Positions 34,401 through 47,200 of a stretch of 64,000 nucleotides of DNA are shown piece by piece (position 1 is the stretch's first letter; every line of letters starts with the position of its first letter). The DNA is taken from positions 24,924,001-24,988,000 of the forward strand of contig NW_025963780.1 in assembly GCF_023055435.1 (NCBI RefSeq). Direction: 5' to 3'. The position numbers and the translations under genes are program-made. The notes beneath the pieces are model-generated. The model had not been told where the DNA came from. It ran no database searches and saw only the letters and a list, made by a program, of their open reading frames with translations. The DNA comes from Haliotis rufescens. Its lineage: Eukaryota.

Positions 34401-36756
34401 TCATGGAGGGGTGGAGTCAAAAGATTTTTTTTTTTTTATTACTTTTCCATTTTTTAATGAATTTTTCAAACCCTAATGTCCGTCCGAAAACTTTGTCCTC
34501 GCGATTTCTCTTAAACTATTCAGTGGATTCATCTCAAACTTAGTACATATAATCTGTGTCATATGAAGGGGTGCAGTCAAAAGCAAAATATTGTTTCTAT
34601 TAATTTTCCATTTTTTTCATGAATTTTTCAAACGTCCGTCGAAAACTTTGTCCGCGCGATTTCTCTTAAACTATTCAGTGGATTCATCTCAAACTTAGTA
34701 CATATAATCTTTGTCATATGGAGGGGTGCAGACAAAAGAAAAAAAATTGATTTTATAAATTTTCCATTTTTCTATGAATTTTTCAAACCCTAACCATATC
34801 CTAGCTATTTAATTTGTAACTACTGACACTAGGCGGCTCGGGGGTATTAGTGAGCCACGCTCACTTTTGCACTTGTTTTATTTCTATTCATACTATGGGC
34901 CACCAGATCAGCAGACTAGCCATTAGAAGGAATAGTGATGAAGTTGTTCTGTAATCATAACATATTCAGAAATATATTAAGCAATATTAATTAAGCAATT
35001 AATATTGAACAAAAATACTTATAAAAGATTTGGTCAAATTCCTCGTATCCTATGGAAATATTTACATCATTCGTTTCTCACAAATCCTCAGTATTTCCAC
35101 TAGGGCTGGGACGAGACCAAATTTACTACCCGGGTACCTGCCCCCCTAATACCCTACCCTACCCGGGTACCCACTGTAGGTCTTAGGAGATGTCTCAATA
35201 TGTCCGATTGGGAACTTTTTTAGCATCGCCCTGGCAAAATGTATTTAGATACATGTATTAAACAATCTGGTCATGCATACACTGAAGTTGACTTAGGTTA
35301 TATCTTTATTCAACCATATGAAAAGTCAGAAGGAATGGGTGCATAGACAGAAAGAAAAGCGAACACTAATGACTTGTAGTGTAACCATAGAGTTCCAGAT
35401 AATTTTAGTCATTAGACAATATATCACGTGACTTACCAGGGGTCCGGGTAGTGCTGTGGGTACCCAGGTCCTACTCAGTACTCAGTACCCACCCATTAAC
35501 AATTCACTGATTAGGAACCTTGTCCTTATATTAATATATAGATGTTCCTAAAAATAAACGTCAGGTAAGACAGGTTTTCAGAGCTGATGGGGTCTGATGT
35601 TTTGCTTGGATTGTCAGTATGTTGTATTGTTAAAGGTCCAGTTTAATACCATGTTATACATAGTATCATTGATGCCGTCTCTCATGTCAGCTGACCTGTT
35701 TCAGGCGGGAATGCAGAGCTGGTTCGTACATGGGGGAGCAATGGACGCTCGGCCATGCAAACAGCTCATTTTGCATTTGCCTTTGGTGGAGTTCTCTCCC
35801 CTCTTATGACCAAGCCCTTCCTGTCGCCATTACCAGATGTGATCAATGCTACAACAGCTCCACCCAATGTTGGGTTCAGCGGGATGAATATCACAGTCAC
35901 CTCAGCTTATATATCCTCCAATTCAACTTTGACCCCAATTGAAGAGAAACAAACAACAATAGTTTTTTATGCTTATTTAATTTCTGCTGTATTGACAACA
36001 TTCTTTGCTTTTCCATTTTTGATAACATATTGTCGTGAAAAATCTCAGATGAAGAAGCGAACTGCAGGGGAGGCCACTCCGGAACCCCCAAACATGTCAC
36101 GTGCTGTGTTCATCTTTACGATAGGAATGATATGTGTAACCTACATGCTGTACTGCTCTGTCGAGGACAGCTTCGCAGCGTACCTGATGACCTTTGTCGT
36201 CAAGCATCTACACTGGAGCAAGTCTAGAGGAACGGAATTAACATCAGTATTTTGGGCATCCTTTGCTGGAGGAAGATTTCTTGGGATCTTCTTTGTAAAA
36301 TTTCTCACTCCAGTCAAGTTACTATTTATATGCTGCACTTCTTTAATAGCATCGCTAATCGCTTTTCTTGTTTGTGCGCAGTACGATATACCTGTAGGCA
36401 TTTGGATCAGTTCGGTCACAACTGGACTGTCAATGTCCGTTTTCTTCCCAACAGGGTTGACTTGGACGGAGGAGGAGTTGTTAAATATGTCCGGGAGAGT
36501 TGCATCCGCTATTTTGATAGCTTCATCGTCAGGGACCATGGCGAACCCCATAATTCTGGGGTATCTTATGGATGAACACAGTCTCATGTGGTATGCGTAT
36601 CTCCTCACGGCAGAAAGTATTGCATGTCTCCTCATGTTCCTCATACTTCTCATCTACGCTCGCACGTTCCTGAAAAAGAGGAAACAGAGCACTGATATAA
36701 CAATAGAGGTAAAAGCCAATGGTTTCTCGTCACAGGTTGAAGAAAAGTTTCTGTGA
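31478..36756 (+). CDS. MFSD4: MFS transporter, MFSD4/sodium-dependent glucose transporter 1 (NaGLT1)-like, ~501 aa, 3 coding exons
   Basis: Exons 31478-31645 (phase 0), 33640-33925 (phase 1), 35705-36756. Family-typical motifs GPSFLDL, GYLVGSLVSG..YDKFN, GGIDT|CGN..LVRTWG...MQTAHFAFAFGGVLSP, FWASFAGGRFLGI, GLSMSVFFPTG. About 12 hydrophobic segments. An acceptor at 31441 implies an upstream non-coding exon. The A/B paralogue cannot be resolved. Confidence 0.88.
31763..32165. mobile_element. hAT-family MITE
   Basis: TIR TAGGGCTGGGA...TCCCAGCCCTA with 8-bp TSD GATTC(C/T)AG. Other copies at 35101-35495, 62478-62907 and ~29320-29900. Confidence 0.85.
33027..33590. mobile_element. MULE-like MITE, same family as 12747-13297, opposite orientation
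   Basis: Shares the TIR (..GGATGTCCTCAGATCTTT..AATGAGATTG) and the internal sequence. Confidence 0.8.
34361..34877 (-). mobile_element. HINE-like element with ~2.5 internal repeats
   Basis: On the minus strand it starts AACAAGTGC, hairpin AGTGAGC-GTG-GCTCACT, ATACCCCCGA. The other end has the palindrome TACCCCCGACAAAATGTCAGGGG. Internal ~137-bp repeats. Confidence 0.65.
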
Positions 36757-37056
36757 TCTGGTCAACTAAGGGATGTGAGAGGGACTATTTGATTTTCATT
36801 CATATTTTTAACATGGGAAGGCGATACGCAATAAGCAGTATTCCAAACAAAATTTCCCATATTTAGTCAAGGATGTTTATCAACCATTACCCAATTCTGT
36901 AGAAATTCTTCTCTTTGAAGTGGACAGTTACTAATGGATATTATCATAACCAAGATCTTGTATTTGACTCACAGTTTTTACATGGCCAATAGCCTGTCCA
37001 ATATGTGCCTATAGTCAGCACTACAAATTCAGCATTACATGCCTGAATCCATGTTT

Positions 37057-39081
37057 GGTTACATACTGTTTCACTGAAGACATGTTTTGTTACATATTGT
37101 TTTCCTGAATACAGGTCTGAATACACATACAGAGAGAAATACTGTTTCCCTGATGACTTTGTTAGCAATGGATGTGTTTGGTTACATACTGTTTCACTGA
37201 AGACATGTTTTGTTACATATTGTTTTCCTGAATACAGGGCCCACTTGCACAGAACAATCTTAGTTACAATCGATCTTAGGCGGCTACAATCAACTTTACA
37301 ATCACCCTACAATTGTCCTATTCCACTTGCACAAACCGATCTTAACGCGATTGTAAGACGGCTTGGATTTAAGATCGCGATCTTAGCTAAGATTGAAATC
37401 TTCAATGGTGGAGGTACAAATATCTTAAACTAGACTCCTGTCTATGGTTGTCTGCAAACGCGCAAATCTTGCTGCGCATACAACGTGTGGAACCGGTTAC
37501 AACATACAACACGTACCTCCCTCCACGCACCTTGCACAGTTGAAAGGTCTCAACTATTTGAAGGAAACTATAATTAGAATGTTGGCATATAGATTTAGTG
37601 ACATTCTTATTATGAAAGTAAAAATTGAAAATAATAATAGATCTCTATGTCCAATTAACATAACAGGTAAATGTATGATCGTCATCTATTTGGGGGAGCT
37701 TTCCGTAAAATCCTAAATACAACTGTACATGTATATCCTTCATGTTTTAGTTTTGCCGCTATTACAAAGGATGTTATGACAACCTTTTCAAAACATAGTA
37801 AGACGGGAGATTTCAAGAATGCATGTACGGGAAATAAGAATAATGTTTCAAGAAAGAAGTTGTTTAATATATATTCATTTGGTATTAATTATATTTTTTA
37901 AAAAGTGTGAATTTTACTTTTGCTATTTATGGGATATTTTACACAAATTTCAAATGTCTCATCATGTGTATTTGCTTGTTTGATGAATATTTGCATTAGT
38001 TTCTTATAAATTCAGATATTACAACCGCTCGTGACTGTCCCACTCGATTTTAGATATAAACGTATGATTTTGCACTTCAACTTGTGTTTACTTGTAGATT
38101 AATTTAATGATAAACTAAAGACAAAATAACTGACACGAATGTGACCCAAAAGAGATACAAGGGGAGCTCGGCGGTTCTACAACATTAATACACTGGGCAA
38201 GGTAGATTCTACGATACTTATACAAAGGGAAACCACTCCCATCTAGAATATAAACTATGATTAGCTGCCCTTGATTTATCTTAAAGGTCACGGACGTTAC
38301 AAATCGCTTGCAGACGACTTAGGTTTTATCCTTCCCTTGATAAGGTATGTTGTTTTAGACTTCTTTCAGCATTGACACGGGTGGGAATAGTACTTTAAAC
38401 TATCGACTCGATAGTTATGTGGTTCACTATCGCAATTAACGATATTTTTGACGTTAAATCTGTGGTGCGGTCTTCGTGTTGTTGAAGTGTCGATTCGAAT
38501 CATAAAATCTAACAAAATAAATAGGCAGTGTTTGATCGTAAAGCAGATTATTAATGTGAAACTGGCCCTGTCTTGCACGCCATTTTGTCAGGAACTACAA
38601 CGATCTTAGCTACTTAAGATTGGTCTGGACCAATTGTAAGTTTCGATTGTAGCTTACAATGATCTTAACCTACAATCGCTTTGTGCAAGTGGATGACAAT
38701 TGTAGCGTAAGCCTAAGATCGCGATCTTAAGGATTTACAATAATTGTAGCGCTAAGATCGCTTTGTGCAAGTGGACCCAGGTCTGAATACACATACAGAG
38801 AGGAATACTGTTTCCCTGATGACTTTGTTAGCAATGGATGTGTTTGGTCACATACTGTTTCACTGAAGACATGTTTTGTTACATATTGTTTTCCTGAATA
38901 CAGGTCTTAATACACATACAGAGAGGAATACTGTTTCCCTGATGACTTTGTTAGCAATGGATGTGTTTGGTTACATACTGTTTCACTGAAGACATGTTTT
39001 GTTACATATTGTTTTTTCCTGAATACAGGTCTTAATACACATACAGAGAGGAATACTGTTTCCCTGATGACTTTGTTAGCA
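37057..39081. repeat. ~123-bp tandem repeat (~4 units) downstream of the MFS stop, split by a transposon
   Basis: GGTTACATACTGTTTCACTGAAGACATG... occurs at 37057, 37180, ~38847 and ~38969. Confidence 0.85.
37238..38777. mobile_element. PIF/Harbinger-like non-autonomous transposon, 1.54 kb
   Basis: TIR GG(C/T)CCACTTGCACA with 3-bp TSD CAG (37235-37237, 38778-38780). The empty site is reconstructable from neighbouring repeat units (GAATACAG|GTCTGAATAC). Confidence 0.8.
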
Positions 39082-39132
39082 TTGAACTATACTGATGGAA
39101 ATTAATAAGGGAACAATGAAAACTATAGGGAA

Positions 39133-39745
39133 ACAAGAAAACAGCATTATCACTATCCCTGCCATGAGGCACATTAGAAGTTAGTTTGTTCATATTGTAG
39201 TGAATAAAAACTATAAAAAAACGAGTCCCATGAAGCCTTAAGAAGAAATAGCCAGTTGGGCAGCTTTCTCATAAAAAATAATGATTAAATATGAAATTAA
39301 TACACACAAAGGCCCCTTCTCTGGAAATAATGATTCAGTGTTGATAGATAAGCTAGCTTATCTTCCGTAGTTTCTAAGAAAAATTGTCCCCTTTACACAC
39401 TCTATACACCAAGCAAAATAACAAGGGCCATAACAAAAAAATTGACGGGACCAATTTTTGAACTCAGTCTTGACAAGTATCTCTTAGACAGGCATGCAAA
39501 CTTTCATTCCTGTAACTTCAGTAGTTTATGAGAAAACATGTCCCCATTTCATGCAGTTTGCACTAAATTGAAAAGCAAGGGGCCTATCTCAAAAAATGAA
39601 TTTACGACACCAATTTTCGAACTCATTTGAGATCATGACCAGTAACATCAGTGTGTTAAATTTTATTTTTCTGACTTAAATAGTATTTGAGAAAATTTGT
39701 CCCCTTGGAGAAGCGGATGGACCTAAATTTTTGGCAGGGGATAAT
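39133..39745 (+). mobile_element. Degenerate HINE-like element
   Basis: AACAAG..TATCCCTGCC start and GGCAGGGGATA end. Degenerate internal repeats (CAAGGG(G)CC..CAATTTT.GAACTCA..GAAAA.TGTCCCC). Confidence 0.5.
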
Positions 39746-40951
39746 AAGCTTTACTGTGAGTACATTTGAAATAGAGTGTTTACTAATTCAATACATGTCA
39801 GAATCAAATGTTGAGATGTGTTTGTGTGCATTGTTTGCAATGTGTATTTGGTAGACAGGGCTGGGAACTCATGATAGCATATCATTTTACTGTGTCTAAA
39901 ACTAAGTGTTACCTTATTCATTTCAATCAGTATATAAACATGTATTATGTTATTGTCAAATATCAATACAGATTATTGTTTTTGTTGATTTTTGTTTTAC
40001 ATGGTGAATAAGAAAATATTTTACTTCATGAGTCCGTTTCCATGGAAACTATTTTCAAGTGTTGTGTTGTGTTTGATTGAATATTTATGAAAATGTTGAT
40101 TTTCAACTAAATTGCTTTGAAGACAATTGTTTGTATCAAATGCATTTGATAATCTCGGTGAAATTAATCCATCAAATGGTCAGCACTAACATCCCAAATC
40201 AACAAACATGTTTTATATGAAATCAATTTTATGTCCAATTCTAATGAAATCCAAAATGTTGTTGTTTTTTTAAGTAACTTGATTTAAGCATCTTCCTTCC
40301 AAAGAATCACAAATGCTTTAAAAAATACCAAGTCTAAATAAGTTTATATTCTTTGTTGACTACTAGTGATGACCCAAACATCAAACTAGGTCAAGTAAGG
40401 AAGGCAAGTAGTCCTTTAACTTGTTTTCCTTCATTTGAATGTTTAGCTCACCTGACTGAAAGTAAAGTGCATTTTCATTTTTGACATTTTTTTCACATTT
40501 AAATTTTAGGAAGGTGGATTCGTCAACCAAGTTTGATGTGATCTAATGATACTAGAGCTTTACACCAATACGAGTAGAAAGTCAAATGCTACGTGGTTTT
40601 AACAGTTTTATTGTATGAATTTCATGTTTTTCATGCCATACCTATACACTGGCTATGCCATACACCATACCTAGTATGATATTATGTTTAATAATACAGA
40701 ATCTTTTTATTTATTGTCTGTACACTGTACTGGTAATCCTATCTGATACATCTTCCCGAGGCAAGAGCGTCCACTAGCCTTTTTATCAAAGTCTTGTTTC
40801 CACCCTTGCCACATCAAGCTCACTTTCCTGTGCCAAATATGATTGGACTGTCGCACATATCGTCCAATCAGAGAACGTATCACAAAATCAACATCCACGA
40901 CTGGTACACCTCGGTATGGAAGTGATTTACCCCTTCCTGTCTTTGTTGACA

Positions 40952-41442
40952 CAATCTCATTAAAATCTGATCTTAGTTCTCGCTACCGATAAACAAAGAT
41001 CTGAGGACATCCCATTACGGGTCAAGTCAGACCGACTTTGTGCAAACTTTGACCGACCAATGTAATGACCAATCAGAAGGCAGCTTTCTCGTGCTTTACG
41101 GCACTAATTTCAAATTGGCGACTACGCTTCAAAACATATTTTGACAAATTCTCAATTACAAATTTGAAACCTGTACAAAAAAACATTCTGGAATGGCTAA
41201 TAGATGGTCTAGATTGTAAGGATTCAGTCGTTAAACCCATAACTATTGTTCGAATACCGAGGTTGCATGATGTTTTCGAGGTTGCATGATCAGAAATCAC
41301 ATTCCAACTGTCACTTTCATAATCTGGTATGCCTCGCTCTGACTGGTCGGATGAAAGGTCGTTCTGACGTGACCCCTAATGGGATGTCTTCAGATCTTTG
41401 TTTAGCGGTAGTGAGAACTAAGGTCTGATTTTAATGAGATTG
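40952..41442. mobile_element. MULE-like MITE
   Basis: Full TIRs CAATCTCATTAAAATC.../...GATTTTAATGAGATTG and a perfect 9-bp TSD TTGTTGACA. A further partial copy lies at ~52590-53060. Confidence 0.87.
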
Positions 41443-42143
41443 TTGTTGACATGAATAGGTCTTTTTCATCTATTAAACTCCCTAACAAATGCCTATGTTT
41501 TTGAGTCAGGGATGAAATCGCGAAATGTTGCAAATGATTGACTAGGTCATCGCCTATGGTAGTCGCCATCTTTGTGAAACTATATGAGATTAGAACAGCA
41601 ATCTGATTGAATATCGCGTTTTCATTACAAGGGGCAGTACTCATGATCTATGCGAGGTGGCGCCAGGGTTGAGCTAAGACAAGTGACCTGGATCTGGCAA
41701 GGGTAGAAACTAGGCTTTGATATAGGCTAGTGGAAGATGTATCTGATAATTAATACTACTTTCTAGATCCTAGTCAAGATGTGCCATGTTCCTCTGAAGA
41801 GCTTATATACTGGTTCCCCACTGATATTTGCCTCATAAGCACAAACCAAAGTCGTCTCTTGACTTATGAACCAATCTATCAATTTTGTAATGTCAACAGA
41901 ATTTTTATGATTTGTTATACCCCGACCTGTTCTTATGTGTGTGTGTTTTGTTTTGTTTTCATCTTTTGAACTTAGAAATATGTTGGAGTCAGGGTCGGGG
42001 GTATTAACAAACCTGCTCACTTTTTGACTTGTTTGTATTGAAGCAGTGTCCAAAAAAATAGTCTGTTGCTAACAAGAATCCCAGCCCCACCCAACACTGA
42101 GAATTGAGCCACAGAGCCTGACGCATTCTTCAGTTGGGGTTAT

Positions 42144-42477
42144 TCGAGGTGAAGCGATACAGCAAGGTCACGATAGGTCAAGATACGTATCGCGATATGC
42201 ATATTTACTTCAAATCGCGTGGAAACTTTCAACTATAAATATTTCAGAGCAGGTTCAAAAGGAAAAATTACCTGTAGAAACATGTTTGTAGTGACTATTT
42301 TCAGTAGTGAACTTGAAACATGAATTACAACACATTTGCAACATTTGACTGACAAAAACGCTGATGTCATTAAACGAGTTGTAAGTAATTTTTTTTAGCA
42401 AGTGTATCATCCAGTATCGATACAGAAAGAAAACGTATCATGTATCACTGGTGCACCAATGTATCGTTTCACCTGTA
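42144..42477. mobile_element. hAT-family MITE
   Basis: Imperfect TIR (AGGTGAAGCGATAC / GTATCGTTTCACCT) with perfect 8-bp TSD GGGGTTAT. Confidence 0.75.
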
Positions 42478-44247
42478 GGGGTTATCCTGAAGAGCAGTGA
42501 CACATTGTAGGATTCCGACCAATTCCCCAAATTAGACACCACAAGCATACACTACCAATGAATTTGTGTATTCATGTTTTGCTCAGGGTACATTTCAGTT
42601 TACTTAGGAAGTGTATTTGCATTTATGGAGGTATCTAAGATAGCTACGCCATAAATCGAGAAGAACACTGATCAACGAAGTGTGGTTTATTTTTCACGAT
42701 AAAACATTGTTCTATCATGATGTCATTACTGGAGATTCGAATAGGCGCTCTCAACTTGATGATGTCATACATTGGACGACGTTATTTTTGAGAGGGATGT
42801 CCAGTAAGTTGTTCCATATAGATGTTGCTGGCAGATAAACGCATATGACAATTAGGAGAAAAGGTACAGATAATTGATGTGAGGATTGCCATGTCATCAT
42901 TATTTAAAGAGGCTGTACATGATATGAACAATATTATTAATAATAAAAATAATGCAATATAAACAATACTCGGGTATTTCTTAAACGTAAAAACATAAAT
43001 GCAAACTATGTAAATCTGCAAAGTGTGCCCCCTTGTTTTTGCATCTATACCTCCATAAACGCAATACAAATTGATGTTAATTCTTATAAATAATATGTCA
43101 ACAATATTAACATCACAGACTGTTTATTCAAAGATTATCAAATACAAAACTATAGACTAACAGTATGAAATCGGTGACATCACTCAACACAAGCCATGTC
43201 CATTCCATTATCAGCCAATCAGGAAACAGTTTGCAAGTGGGTGTGACCTATTGTTCAGTTTATGGGACCATAAACGCAATAAAAATTATTTTGTTAGCCA
43301 ATCAGATGCCACGGAAATGGCTTGCAACAGGCGGCCCAGTTGTCTAAGGCACTGCAATTCGCTGTGCAGAATTGCGTCCCTTGGGCACACCAGAAACCTA
43401 TGATTGTGGGTTCGAATCCTGGTTTGCCCCGATTATGTTTCTAGGTTTGTCAGCACGATACCCGTGCTCGTGGGTTTCACCGAAGTTGTAAACGTCTGAG
43501 ACCTGCATCACTTCGGGCTTTCTCCTCCCACATTACGCTGACACGCCGTGATATAACTGGAATAATGTTAAAAGCGGCGTTAAACCCAACTCAACACACA
43601 GCAGACTGATAGGGTACAATCAGAACCTTAACGTACCATTCCCTTCAGAAGGTTGTTGGTTTGTTGTTTAACGCCCCACTCAGCAATATTCCAGCTATAT
43701 GACAGCCGTCTGTAAATAATCCTGGTTTGCCCGATTATGTTTCTAGGTTTGTCAGCACGATACCCGTGCTCGTGGGTTTCACTAAAGAGGTAAACGTCTG
43801 AGACCTGCATCACTTCAGGCTTTCCTCCCACATTAAGCTGACACACCGCGAAAAAACTGGAATACTGTTAAAAGCGGCTTTAAACCCAACTCACTCACTC
43901 ACTCATATTGGACTAATGTGTTACACATTCTAGGGCTATCTGGTTTTGTTTGCATTGAAATCTTTGTCAATAATAAAAACAAATTAACATTGTGTTTCTG
44001 GTTGATTATGCATTCACTGTGGATACAAATATTGAACTGACACTTTGTGTCTGTATTTTTAAAATATAGGGTTGTATGTCTTTTTGTTTTGAAATATTTT
44101 TCAATCAATAAAAATATTTAATTTTTGTCTCCATTTTACTTGAGTCATTAAGGACTTCATAGCTGGGCTTTAATTAATTAAATCCTCAGTGGCACAGAGA
44201 TCCAAACAGCCCCAGTCTCTGTTCCTTTTCTCAAGGGGTTTTCTATG

Positions 44248-47200
44248 AGGTTATAACAGTATCATGGTGTATTGTACTTACATCACTGCCAGGTTATAAC
44301 AGTATCATGGTGTATTGTACTCACATCACTGCCAGGTTATAACTGTATCTTGGTGTATTGTACTTACATCACTGCCAGGTTATAAAAGTTTAATGGTGTA
44401 TTGTACTTACATCACTGCCAGGTTATAACAGTATCATGGTGTACAGTACTTACATCACTGCCAGGTTATAACAGTATCATGGTGCATTGTACTTACATCA
44501 CTGCCAGGTTATAACAGTATCATGGTGTATTGTACTTACATCACTGCCAAGTTATAACAGTATCATGGTGCATTGTACTTACATCACTGCCAGGTTATAA
44601 CAGTATCATAGTGTATTGTACTTACATCACTGCCAGGTTATAACAGTATCATGGTGTACAGTACTTACATCACTGCCAGGTTATAACAGTATCATGGTGC
44701 ATTGTACTTACATCACTGCCAGGTTATAACAGTATCATGGTGTATTGTACTTACATCACTGCCAGGTTATAACAGTATCATGGTGCATTGTACTTACATC
44801 ACTGCCAGGTTATAACTGTATCTTGGTGTATTGTACTTACATCACTGCCAGGTTATAAAAGTTTAATGGTGTATTGTACTTACATCACTGCCAGGTTATA
44901 ACAGTATCATAGTGTATTGTACTTACATCACTGCCAGGTTATAACAGTATCATGGTGCATTGTACTTACATCACTGCCAGGTTATAACAGTATCATGGTG
45001 CATTGTACTTACATCACTGCCAGGTTATAACAGTATCATGGTGCATTGTACTTACATCACTGCCAGGTTATAACAGTATCATGGTGCATTGTACTTACAT
45101 CACTGCCAGGTTATAACAGTATCATGGTGCATTGTACTTACATCGCTGCCAGGTTATAACAGTATCATGGTGCATTGTACTTACATCACTGCCAGGTTAT
45201 AACTGTATCATGGTGCATTGTACTTACATCACTGCCAGGTTATAACAGTATCATGGTGCATTGTACTTACATCACTGCCAGGTTATAACAGTATCATGGT
45301 GCATTGTACTTACATCACTGCCAGGTTATAACAGTATCATGGTGCATTGTACTTACATCACTGCCAGGTTATAACAGTATCATGGTGTACAGTACTTACA
45401 TCACTGCCAGGTTATAACAGTATCATGGTGTATTGTACTTACATCACTGCCAGGTTATAACAGTATCATGGTGCATTGTACTTACATCACTGCCAGGTTA
45501 TAACTGTATCTTGGTGTATTGTACTTACATCACTGCCAGGTTATAAAAGTTTAATGGTGTATTGTACTTACATCACTGCCAGGTTATAACAGTATCATAG
45601 TGTATTGTACTTACATCACTGCCAGGTTATAACAGTATCATGGTGCATTGTACTTACATCACTGCCAGGTTATAACAGTATCATGGTGCATTGTACTTAC
45701 ATCACTGCCAGGTTATAACAGTATCATGGTGCATTGTACTTACATCACTGCCAGGTTATAACAGTATCATGGTGCATTGTACTTACATCACTGCCAGGTT
45801 ATAACAGTATCATGGTGCATTGTACTTACATCGCTGCCAGGTTATAACAGTATCATGGTGCATTGTACTTACATCACTGCCAGGTTATAACTGTATCATG
45901 GTGCATTGTACTTACATCACTGCCAGGTTATAACAGTATCATGGTGCATTGTACTTACATCACTGCCAGGTTATAACAGTATCATGGTGCATTGTACTTA
46001 CATCACTGCCAGGTTATAACAGTATCATGGTGCATTGTACTTACATCACTGCCAGGTTATAACAGTATCATGGTGTACAGTACTGACATCACTGCCAGGT
46101 TATAACAGTATCATGGTGTATTGTACTTACATCGCTGCCAGGTTATAACAGTATCATGGTGTATTGTACTTACATCGCTGCCAGGTTATAACAGCATCAT
46201 GGAGTATTGTACTTACATCACTGCCAGGTTATAACAGTATCATGGTGTACAGTACTTACATCACTGCCAGGTTATAACAGTATCATGGTGTATTGTACTT
46301 ACATCACTGCCAGGTTATAACAGTATCATGGTGTATTGTACTTACATCACTGCGAGGTTATAACAGTATCATGGTGTATTGTACTTACATCACTGCCAGG
46401 TTATAACAGTATCATGGTGTACAGTACTTACATCACTGCCAGGTTATAACAGTATCATGGTGTATTGTACTTACATCACTGCCAGGTTATAACAGTATCA
46501 TGGTGTATTGTACTTACATCACTGCCAGGTTATAACAGTATCATGGTGTTTTGTACTTACATCACTGCCAGGTTATAACTGTATCTTGGTGTATTGTACT
46601 TACATCACTGCCAGGTTAAAACAGTATCATGGTGTATTGTACTTACATCACTGCCAGGTTATAACAGTATCATGGTGTACAGTACTTACATCACTGCCAG
46701 GTTATAACAGTATCATGGTGTACAGTACTTACATCACTGCCAGGTTATAACAGTATCATGGTGCATTGTACTTACATCACTGCCAGGTTATAACAGTATC
46801 ATGGTGCATTGTACTTACATCACTGCCAGGTTATAACAGTATCATGGTGCATTGTACTTACATCACTGCCAGGTTATAACAGTATCATGGTGTACAGTAC
46901 TTACATCACTGCCAGGTTATAACAGTATCATGGTGTATTGTACTTACATCGCTGCCAGGTTATAACAGTATCATGGTGTATTGTACTTACATCGCTGCCA
47001 GGTTATAACAGCATCATGGAGTATTGTACTTACATCACTGCCAGGTTATAACAGTATCATGGTGTACAGTACTTACATCACTGCCAGGTTATAACAGTAT
47101 CATGGTGTATTGTACTTACATCACTGCCAGGTTATAACAGTATCATGGTGTATTGTACTAGATCACTGCCAGGTTATAACAGTATCATGGTGTACAGTAC

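Noticed and set aside
36141-36653. 170-aa minus-strand ORF
   Set aside because: Antisense shadow of the MFS coding exon.
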